The notes beneath the pieces are model-generated. The model had not been told where the DNA came from and searched no databases. It saw only the letters and a program-made list of their open reading frames with translations. This document shows positions 1-10,222 of a DNA stretch of 17,765 nucleotides, one piece after another. This DNA comes from Tubiluchus corallicola. Its lineage: Eukaryota; Animalia; Priapulida. The DNA lies in NCBI GenBank assembly GCA_030141605.1, contig JAQGDQ010002014.1, forward strand, positions 1 to 17,765, given 5' to 3'. Numbering within the stretch: the stretch's first letter is position 1; each line of letters starts with the position of its first letter. Position numbers and translations under genes: made by a program.

Positions 1-519
1 CACATTCTGACAAAATAGACCAACTTAAAATTTGCAATACGAAGAGGAAATTCTAGTAAAAAGCTATACTTAGTGAAAGCTATACAAAGAACACACTCTA
101 GTGAAAAGAACAACTTAGTGTCTGCAAAGAACACGTATTGCCTTTGATGGACCTGCACCTGCCATGATAGAAGACAATTGTCGTGCATTAGCTTTACAAA
201 AACCACAGATATTTTCACACAAAAGCTCCATCCACCAGATCCCTGTTTGACAAGTTTTATGCAAGAGTGATTCTATTTGCTGCAAATTAGTCGACCGTAT
301 CACCTGCCGGCGAGTCGGAACATTAAAGAGAAGCTGCCAGCGGAGTGATAAGATGGCTTCCCATCAGACATGATTAATAAAGCAAATAGGAAGCCTATTT
401 GCAGAAGCTGGGACGTAATTAAGTGATGATGATTAAGAGGGTTGCTCACCGTTATCCGCAATATCCGCCTCCGCATTTACAGGGATGCTACTGTTTGCAT
501 CCTTAATTGATACTTGCAT

Positions 520-876
520 GATACTGGTGATAGTGATGGCGACAGCGTCGACGACATTGGCACTGGCGAGTGAATTTTCATGCCATAAATGATATTAGGG
601 AACGTAGTCGCAATAGTAGTGGTGTTAGTAGTAGAAGAAGAAGAAAATGATGATGATGATGACAACAGTGGTGACAGTGACAATAGTGGTGACTGGATTT
701 GAATTATAATGATGATGAGGGCGACGACGATAGTGATAATGACAAATTGCGAAGAAGTTGACGATACAGCGACTATGAAGACAATGATAACGATGCTGTT
801 GATGGTGATGACGCTATGACGATGATGATTATGATGATGATGATGGTGGTGGTGGTGGTGGTGGCGATGATGAAGG

Positions 877-908
<32 letters not shown>

Positions 909-965
909 ATGATTATGATGATGATGATGATGGTGACGACGATGACGATGACGATGTTGATGATG
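520..965. repeat. Degenerate (GAT/GAC/GGT)n trinucleotide microsatellite
   Basis: Triplet periodicity that becomes nearly pure GAT at ~816-963; explains the poly-His/Met/Ile ORFs at 477-1058. Confidence 0.95.
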
Positions 966-1050
966 AACCAACCTAAACTAAGACAAACCAAGCAAAAGCA
1001 AACCAAAATCAAACCAGGCCAAGTCAAGCCAATCAAAGAAAGCAAAACAG
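966..1050. repeat. Degenerate A-rich pentanucleotide repeat (AACCA/AAGCA-like)
   Basis: aacca accta aacta agaca aacca agcaa aagca aacca ... shows ~5-bp periodicity. Confidence 0.6.
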
Positions 1051-1064
1051 CGTGTTAAAACCGG

Positions 1065-1147
1065 TCGTTCGTTAGTTCCATTCGTTCGTTCGTTCGTTCG
1101 TTCGTTCGTTCGTCGGTCCGTTCATTCGTTCGTTCATTCATTCGTTC
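1065..1147. repeat. (CGTT)n tetranucleotide microsatellite with CATT variants
   Basis: ttcgttcgttcgttcg... read directly. Confidence 0.95.
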
Positions 1148-1693
1148 TAGTGTTAGTTGCTCCACAATTTTTGTTCAGTGGATCAATTGTTATCTATATC
1201 ATTTTCTAGATTACTTAATATCAAAATTAAAGACAAAAAAAATGAAAAGGAGTCGAAGGTAGTGTGCTTGACGACATTATGTTATGTTCCAGTTATTACT
1301 TAATCACAGTCAAGCCAAACATCATGTTGCGTTGCACTCGTTACTTAATCACACTAGTGCAATAAACTTGGCTTAACTGTGTCCAGGGAAGGGTTGTATT
1401 AAGGAAAATACTTGCAATAAACTAGGATGTAGAATAGCGAAATCACCAGAGCGGCAATGAAGTCAGTCGTAAAGCGAGAAGAGTTCCCATATTGCAGCGT
1501 ACTAAAAATGTTTTCTTCTTCAAAGTACCTTCTTCACTGTTGACTGACCAATGGCAGGTGACTTGTGTTTGCACAGTCTAAGTCATATAGTTCCATTTAC
1601 TTGTAAATACCTCAATTCAGGTATGATGGTGGTAGTTGATTAATACGTAGCTTGTTTAATAGTTGTATCAGTGTAAAACAATATACGACACTG

Positions 1694-2365
1694 ACAGCAT
1701 CAGCAGCAGCAACAATGCACTGACAACGACGATGATGATGACCTTGACCACGATGATAATGGCAATGACAACAGCGACAGTAGCAGTAGCACCAGCTAAA
1801 GCTCCGGCTGCAACAGTAACAATAGTCAAATGACTAACCAACAACGACAATGACCAGCATGATGATAATGCCAAGAGCAACAGTAGCAGCAGTAACAGCT
1901 GTGGCAGTAACAACAACAACAACCAACTGACTAACCAACAACGACAATGACCAGCATGATGATAATGCCAAGAGCAACAGTAGCAGCAGTAACAGCTGCG
2001 GCAGCAACAACAACAATAACCAACTGACTAACTAACGACAACGATGTTGACCTTGACTATAATGATAACACCAACGACAACTGCAACAGCAGCAGTAGTG
2101 CCAGCAGCAGTAGTAGCAGCAACAATATCCGACTGACAAGTCAAAAAAAGACGGTGATGACCTTTGCAATAATGACAACAACAGCAACAGTAGCAGCTGC
2201 AACAAGTCAACTGACTAACAAACGACAACAATGACCACCATAATGATAGTGATAACGACAACAGCAACAGTAACAGCTAATAACAACAACAACGAATGAC
2301 GATGATAATGACCTTGACGATAACAACAATGACGTCAGCAACAAGTGCAACAGAAACGACAACTG
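1694..2365. repeat. Degenerate CAA/CAG/GAC triplet tract containing a 97-bp tandem duplication (1831-2030)
   Basis: The motif tgactaac starts at 1831, 1928 and 2025; 1831-1927 and 1928-2024 are nearly identical. Confidence 0.9.
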
Positions 2366-2831
2366 AAAACTGTTGCCCTTGTCGTTGTAGTTACCGTCAT
2401 AGCCGCCGTCATCGTCATTGATTAGGTTGTTATTGTTGTGGCCACAGCTGTGGATGTTGCTACCAAAAACTGCAGCTCTGAATTACATTAAAGACTATGA
2501 TGGCGACAGCGACAGCGTTAGCACTGTAGAAACGTTCCATACAGTGCAGCGGAAATGCACAAAACGAAAACCAACAGACAAAATGAAATGAGGAAAAGTA
2601 ACAGTTTGTTTTTAAGAAAGTAACAAAAACAACGAAAGAAATTAAAGGACGAATTAAGAACAGTCTTTCATCAGACAAATGCGGCGCCCTCTGCCTTTGA
2701 TTAAATTAATTACTGCAATCAGCGGTGTCTGGAAATAGGCGTGTTGGGTTGCCTGACATGACAGTGATCTATCAGACAAAGTGGCGAAACAAATTGAAGT
2801 TTTCTCAACGTTTCAGCAATAGATCTAAGAA

Positions 2832-4140
2832 AGTGATCTTTCCACGCTTGTAAGGAGCTAGACAAGGTTCCATTCTGAAGCCACAACTGTTTTGTGTTTT
2901 AACGTAAACCAGATGATTAGGAAACGAGTGTTAGTGATCTTTCCACGCTTGTAGGGAGCTAGACAAGGTTGCATTCTGAAGCCACAACTGTTTTGTGTTT
3001 TAACGTAAACCAGATGATTAGGAAACGAGTGTTAGTGATCTTTCCACGCTTGTAGGGAACTAGACAAGGTTGCATTCTGAAGCCACAACTGTTTTGTGTT
3101 TTAACGTAAACCAGGTGATTAGGAAACGAGTGTTAGTGATCTTTCCACGCTTGTAGGGAACTAGACAAGGTTCCATTCTGAAGCCACAACTGTTTTGTGT
3201 TTTAACGTAAACCAGATGATTAGGAAACGAGTGTTAGTGATCTTTCCAGGCTTGTAGGGAGCTAGACAAGGTTCCATTCTGAAGCCACAACTGTTTTATG
3301 TTTTAACGTAAACTAGATGATTAGGAAACGAGTGTTAGTGATCTTTCCACGCTTGTAGGGAGCTAGACAAGGTTGCATTCTGAAGCCACAACTGTTTTGT
3401 GTTTTAACGTAAACCAGATGATTAGGAAACGAGTGTTAGTGATCTTTCCACGCTTGTAGGGAACTAGACAAGGTTCCATTCTGAAGCCACAACTGTTTTA
3501 TGTTTTAACGTAAACTAGATGATTAGGAAACGAGTGTTAGTGATCTTTCCACGCTTGTAGGGAGCTAGACAAGGTTGCATTCTGAAGCCACAACTGTTTT
3601 GTGTTTTAACGTAAACCAGATGATTAGGAAACGAGTGTTAGTGATCTTTCCACGCTTGTAGGGAGTTAGACAAGGTTCCATTCTGAAGCCACAACTGTTT
3701 TGTGTTTTAACGTAAACCAGATGATTAGGAAAGGAGTGTTAGTGATCTTTCCATGCTTGTAGGGAGCTAGACAAGGTTGCATTCTGAAGCCACAACTGTT
3801 TTGTGTTTTAACGTGAACCAGGTGATTAGGAAACGAGTGTTAGTGATCTTTCCACGCTTGTAGGGAGCTAGACAAGGTTCCATTCTGAAGCCACAACTGT
3901 TTTGTGTTTTAACGTAAACCAGATGATTAGGAAACGAGTGTTAGTGATCTTTCCACGCTTGTAGGGAGCTAGACAAGGTTCCATTCTGAAGCCACAACTG
4001 TTTTGTGTTTTAACGTAAACCAGATGATTAGGAAACGAGTGTTAGTGATATTTCCACGCTTGTAGGGGGCTAGACAAGGTTCCATTCTGAAGCCACAACT
4101 GTTTTGTGTTTTAACGTAATCCAGATGATTAGGAAACGAG
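2832..4140. repeat. 101-bp tandem satellite, 13 copies (last one 97 bp)
   Basis: Unit AGTGATCTTTCCACGCTTGTAGGGAGCTAGACAAGGTTCCATTCTGAAGCCACAACTGTTTTGTGTTTTAACGTAAACCAGATGATTAGGAAACGAGTGTT starts at 2832, 2933, 3034 ... 4044; only point substitutions between copies. Confidence 0.98.
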
Positions 4141-4458
4141 ATGTTTATTTTCTTTTTAGCAAAAAGAGTTCAATAGAAAGCAGGGGATCTAAGATTACTG
4201 AGATTTTTCATCCAGCTGGACACACTGCAAGCCAATATTCAGAATTAGATGGTGGTTGGTGTTCGTGATTGTCACAGGACCGGAATCTGGTTAATTATTG
4301 AGGGTACTTCAGAGTAAACATCTGAAATGAAAAGCTAAACATTTAGAGGATATAGAGCCTCCCTGACAGAAGGAAATTTCCGGTGGTGGTGTGGTAGACG
4401 GAACCACCTGGAAGCAGTCGCTAAGCGTGAATGAACGGAGCAGGCTTTGTGAAGGCTA

Positions 4459-4612
4459 CGATGACTGTGATGTTAATGTTGTTGTTGATGACGATGATGG
4501 TAATGATGATGATGATGATGATGGTGATTATGATGATGATGATTATGATGATGATGATGATGAAGACGATAATGATGATGACGATGGTGACGATGATGGT
4601 GATGGTGATGGC

Positions 4613-4643
<31 letters not shown>

Positions 4644-4675
4644 GCGATGACGTTGATGATGATGATAACAACGAA
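4459..4675. repeat. (GAT)n microsatellite, imperfect
   Basis: Read directly; generates the poly-Asp/Met/His/Ile ORFs at 4391-4801. Confidence 0.95.
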
Positions 4676-5368
4676 GTTGATCACTATGGTTGGCTTTTTT
4701 TCTGGCATAATCTCTCCATCTTGTGGTCACCTTTGCACTTAATTTCATTTAATCAAGCGAGTGACGATAAACAGAGGAATTACTATAATCCTGCTAATTA
4801 AATATTTTCACGAAATCTTTCTTCTCCGTATCGTTAAAGTTTATATCAAGTTCCTTTCAAATCACCTTCATTTGAACGATGAATGGCCGCTTTAATTAAT
4901 TTAGACTTATTAACTATGGCATAATGTCATCATTAAATCATCCAGACATCTCATTTACGCATGAATTATGATTGTTTGTGACATGATTTATGCGCAGGCA
5001 GTCTGTTGTGTAACGAAGCTAATTAATTCTTCGTATTTTAATGAATTGGCCCTGTCACTATCAGCCCGATAATTCACACGACGCAGATGAAATGAAGAAA
5101 ATTCTTGCATTTCTGAAGGTGACATTAAAACCAGTGTTGCCAGTCACTGCTGATTGGACAATAATTCTTTTTGTGATAATTCTGGGTGTGTGTATCTCAC
5201 TATAAACATCCAAAATGTGAAATGGCATACCACTTAAAAATGTGCGTAGAACACAGAAAAATCTAATCTGTGCAGGCATATTATAGGGTATTTAAACTGT
5301 ACGCAACGTAAACTGCCTGTGGTGTGTTAAAAAAGTAATTACTGAGTCCTATACACGTGTGTGCTTAA

Positions 5369-6053
5369 AGCACAAGAAAACGCTTCACTTACACAAAGCT
5401 TAAGAAATTCGTCTTGAAATTTTATATCACTTACACAGTGCCTCTTTGTATACAAGACTTGCGTCGGCAGTAACACTGTATAAAACTTGCAAATTTGAAC
5501 TCCCGCGATGACCTTTAGGCGTAGCCATTTTAATCGTAGGTCGTTTGAAACAAGTTTTGATAACATTGCGTGAAATTTGAAAAAATAATCAGAGCATTCG
5601 TAGCATACATGTTACTAAATAAACGAAATTTTAAATTACTGTATCTTGTCAATAAGATTAAAAATACGTTTTTAGTGAGTGGTGCACCCTGGAGGGTGAG
5701 TCAGCGACATTTTACAAATTAGTGAAAACATTTTAAATAATTAATAATTTTCTTTTCTAGTTACATAAGTCGTTCAGGCAGGTAAGCAAAAATCTAAGTA
5801 ATATAGATTTGCATGGAAAGTCTTTTGGGGCATAGTTCACCATTTTCTTTTCTTCGCGTGATTTACGTTGTGCGTGTATGACGTCACGTAATGGCGCGGT
5901 CTGAACAGTATTGCGGGAGATTTAAAATGAAAAGAAATAAAAAATCCTTTCAACGCGAGTACGACGCCCACGCATAAAATTGTTGTGAAACAATATGATT
6001 TTTTTAAAGGCGATTTTTCTGAAACCCACATTAGGTATCCGTTTTCTTGTCCT
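5369..6053. mobile_element. Non-autonomous Kolobok-like DNA transposon (MITE), 685 bp
   Basis: TTAA at 5365-5368 and 6054-6057. Left end AGCACAAGAAAACG matches the reverse complement of the right end AGGACAAGAAAACG at 13/14, with weaker subterminal similarity (agaaattcgtctt vs agaaaaatcgcctt). A TTAA TSD with purine-purine (AG...CT) termini is the Kolobok signature. No transposase ORF. Confidence 0.75.
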
Positions 6054-6102
6054 TTAATGTGTGATAAGATAGTGTGAGGGCAGTCATTATCATAAGTTAG
6101 CT

Positions 6103-6132
6103 ATGATGATGATGATGATGATGATGATGATG
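6103..6132. repeat. (GAT)~10 microsatellite
   Basis: atgatgatgatg... read directly. Confidence 0.9.
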
Positions 6133-7356
6133 TTAACTTTATTAATTTCAATTAACTTTTAAGACTTAATTAACTTTGGATTAAGGCATCAGTTGTGTGG
6201 TCTAGTCCTGAGTGTGTTTTGAGACCAAAGATATTAAAGCCGAGGACACGCTGCTTAAAAACAAGAGGAAAACGCAAAGTTATTCTGGCTTTTTTTGTAA
6301 AAATTGATTGAATAATGTTTTTTTTGTTTATCGAATGTCTAACAAACGACGCAAAGGCAAAGCTTGAAGGGGGATTTCAAAGCATTTCCCAAAACGACTT
6401 TTGAAAAGAAAATTCTTAATAATTTAAAATGTTCATATAATGTGGAACTTGTAATTGTATATTTTTAGGTGCTGCCATCTATGAACTAATCCTTTTACAT
6501 TTTACTAGCTAAACTCACCCCTAGTATAATTGTACGGTCTAGTGAATGCATATTCACTGGATCTGTCCCTATTTTACAGTAATGGTTTTTGTGAAGCCAA
6601 GTTTGCATAATCACCTATACCTATATATACTGACTGGATTTACTTTCTAGTCACTGTCTCACTCTCACTCTCAATGCAGTGCAGCAGTCGTGCTAATCAT
6701 GTTACTGTCTAACTCTCAGTGTTCAGTGCAGGACACTCTCATTCTCAGTGTTCAGTGCAGCAGTCATTCTTCTTATGTGTATGTAGTCTAATAAATAGTT
6801 TTGTGCAAATATGTAGTATAGTTGTTTATTCTTCTTCTACAAAGTGAGTGCCACAACTTCAAACATCACTTTCACATACCACCTGGTAAACGACTCTGTA
6901 TCGCCATCCCAGTGTGCACCACTGACTCACCAAAAAAACACATTATTGACTGGAATGCCCTGATTATTTTTTTCAGACTTTATGCAAAGTTGTTTCAAGA
7001 CATTTACCATTAAAATGGCTACGCCTAACGGGAGTTGAAATTAAAACTTTTATACAGCGTTCCTGTGAACGCAAGCTCTGTATGCAATAAGGCGGCACAT
7101 AAGTGATATAAAAAGATGAATTTTTAAACATTTTTATGGCGAGAGTTTCCTTCTGCTTTCAGTTACAATAATGTACCGAACACAGATAATGAAATCAAAC
7201 AGCCAAATTAAAACAAATAACAGCGCATGCGCAATCGTATAATCATCACATACACATGTTTGACATTTCGACAGCTCGGTGTTTCAGCATCAAGCAGACT
7301 TAATGGTTAAACATCTGCTCTTTGATTTTCAATCATTTGCATCTGTTATCGAGTTA

Positions 7357-7557
7357 TACATAAGCTTGTCAATGGCTTCATCCTGGATTGCCACCCACTG
7401 GAGAAGGTACATAAGCTTATCAATGGCTTCATCCTGGATTGCCACCCACTGGAGAAGGTACATAAGCTTGTCAATGGCTTCATCCAGGATTGCCACCCAC
7501 TGGAGAAGGGCATAAGCTTGTCAATGGCTTCATACAGGGTTGCCACCCGCTATAGAA
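7357..7557. repeat. 51-bp minisatellite, ~4 copies
   Basis: Unit TACATAAGCTTGTCAATGGCTTCATCCTGGATTGCCACCCACTGGAGAAGG starts at 7357, 7408, 7459 and ~7510; the fourth copy is diverged. Confidence 0.95.
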
Positions 7558-7770
7558 AGTTCCTAAATTTTTAGTTGCTATAAACTGGCATAGAGTTTGT
7601 ACTTTGGATTCTGACGTTTTTCCAATGAAGCCAATGCGATCAAGACTGGTTCTGTATTGATTTGTAATTTGTTAAGTCATTGGTCAATTTAAAAGTCAAA
7701 TAGTTAAGATGCTATCATTTATACATATGTTTCTTTACTAATCTTCAATTTACTATTATTACATTATCTG

Positions 7771-8338
7771 ACTTTGCACTTCGTTGCTTTACTTTATCCA
7801 AACCTTTTCTCCCTCACTTTACCTCATCTCACCTTACGTCAGTTTACTGCACCTCACCTTACTTACATTACCTTACCTTACCTTACCTTAACTTCACTTC
7901 CTTTTATTTTGCTTTCATTTACTTTGCTTTGCCTTGCCTTGCCTTGCCTTGCCTTGCCTTGCCTTGCCTTGCCTTGCCTTGCCTTGCCTTGCCTTGCCTT
8001 GCCTTGCCTTGCCTTGCCTTGCCTTGCCTTGCCTTGCCTTGCCTTGCCTTGCCTTGCCTCACCCTACCCTACTTTACTTTACTTTACTTTACTTTATTTC
8101 ACTCTATACTTCTCTACTCTACTCTACTCTGCTCTGCTCTGCTCTGCTCTGCCCTGCCCTGCCCTGCCCTGCCCTGCCCTGCCCTGCCCTGCCCTGCCCT
8201 GCCCTGCCCTGCCCTGCCCTGCCCTGCCCTGCCCTGCCCTGCCCTACCCTACCCTACCCTACCCTACCCTACGCTACGCTACGCTACTCTGCTCTGCTCT
8301 GCTCTGCTCTGCTCTGCTCTGCTCTGCTCTGCTCTGCT
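7771..8338. repeat. Compound pyrimidine-rich pentanucleotide microsatellite
   Basis: Blocks of CCTTA, (GCCTT)25 at 7931-8055, ACTTT, ACTCT, GCTCT, (GCCCT)19 at 8151-8245, ACCCT, ACGCT and GCTCT. Confidence 0.97.
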
Positions 8339-8709
8339 CATAACTAAACTAAATGATATGAAAAATTCCGTTTAAAAGTACATGAACGAATTACACGTAT
8401 TGAGTACTTGGTGTATCTAACCTAAACTAAAGTTCATGACATATCTCAGCCATTTTCTCCAGAGGAAATTCAATTGACTATTTGAACCATTGACTTATAT
8501 ACCTGGACATTCTGTCAAGCTCTTTGATGGTTGCGCTAATTAAGCTCTTAGCTAACAGGCAAAATTAATCGATGGCGAAAATTTAAGACAGTTTTTCATT
8601 CTGGTCGGGCAAATTTGTTCAGATGAATTAGACACAAGGCTTCAGAAGTTAATTAACGAACAAAGTTACATAGTCTAAGTATCCTTGTGCTGTATATCAC
8701 GCAGGCAAT

Positions 8710-8780
8710 ACACACGTGCACGCACGCACGCACACACGCATACACGCATGCATACACACGCACACACGCATACACGCATG

Positions 8781-8838
<58 letters not shown>

Positions 8839-8856
8839 ATACACACACACACACAT
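8710..8856. repeat. (CA)n microsatellite with CACG/CATA variants
   Basis: Read directly. Confidence 0.97.
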
Positions 8857-10222
8857 ATATAATGCTATTCAGTAAACAAAACCTTATACTTTGACAGGCC
8901 CTCCAAGTCCTAAGACCGATGGCCAGTAGACGAAGATAATGCTATTTAGTAAACAAGATAACAAAATTATTCAAACTGAACATGCTAAAGACAAATAGCT
9001 TATATTTTATACATTGCCAGTAAGCACTTGACCGAACGAGTACATGTTGGACGCAAAATAGTTCCTTTTTCATTGCAGACCGACATTATAGACACAGGAT
9101 GCTTCGCAACAAAACACTTGATGCGTTTGTGCTCCCAATCCACATTTTTTGTTTTTTCCCTTGACCGTGTGCACCACGTCACAATTGAACAGTGCAACAC
9201 GTTTCCGTGATACAAGTGCTAGTGCGCATCTAACTAGCAAATGGCGAAATGCAAGTAACTGCAAAGAATTTCCACTCTGTGGAGTAATTCCTTCACCAAG
9301 TCATTGTTAAAAAATAGTATTTTTCCTTTCAATAATTATAGGGTACATTGTTTTGAACTGCAGGACCCTCAGTCGGTTTAGCGCCGTTTCACAGGAAAAG
9401 TGTTTCCCGGTTAATTTTTCACAGAAATTACATTTCCCATATAACATTTTTTCTGGAAAATTCCTAACATTCACAGAAAAAAGCATTTCCCGGAAACGTT
9501 TTTAACACAAAAAAACACGGTTGCGTTTTTGACTGATAATTCTGCCATTTTATTAGGATAAACCTTGCAATTTTTCTTTTCCATTTGCATCTCTACCATT
9601 GCAGGTTAAACAAATCAAGTCTCTATCAGCATTTAAAACAAAATTAAAATCACTAATATTAACCAGATATGAAATACCATCACACCAGTACGACAACATA
9701 CACACTAATTCAGAATTTATATTTCCACGGCCATATTAATTAAATCATAATTTTTTTCATTTTAGTTGTAAATATGTTTGATTTTATTCGTCGTTACTTT
9801 CCATTACTGCACAGTAGTTTAGATTGCACTGACGCATTTGCCTTTAGCAGCAGTGTAAGTTTTTATTAACTAACACTGATTGATCATCTCTGTAAAGTTT
9901 TTACCAGTGATTATCAATGTATTTTAATGGCAAATAAACATTATTATATATATATATTTGTATCTCCCTATTTATCTCCCTCTTTTCCTACCCCCTTTCA
10001 TGGCTAAAGAGTTATTTTTTTCTTTGTACCGAGTACAAAGATTACAGTTTGTTGTTTGTACAAGACGAGGCAGCGTTGACGGTATGTTTACCTTTAATGT
10101 GCTGTATAACATAGAACTGATAAAAAGTACAAAGCTGAAGTTACTTGTGTCTGTAGCTACACCAGCCCTTCATACACGTTCACAATAAGCAGAAGAGGTC
10201 AGATAATTCCATTCGGCAAGAA

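Noticed and set aside
477-1058. His-rich and Met-rich proteins
   Set aside because: Translations of a GAT microsatellite that is open in several frames on both strands.
2832-4140. CRISPR array
   Set aside because: The units are contiguous near-identical copies with no unique spacers; no cas genes; eukaryotic context.
4391-4801. Acidic poly-Asp protein
   Set aside because: GTG start, dominated by the GAT repeat, and no recognisable domain.
6235-6260. TTAAAGCCGAGGACAC as another Kolobok-like left end (likewise TTAAAGG at 2642 and 16139)
   Set aside because: No matching inverted partner found in the window.
7279-7546. 17-aa repeat proteins on both strands
   Set aside because: A 51-bp unit keeps frame automatically; the fourth copy has a 1-bp deletion; no family resemblance.
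7774-8375. LPCLA/LPCPA repeat proteins
   Set aside because: Stop-free pentamer microsatellite that gives the same peptide in all three frames.
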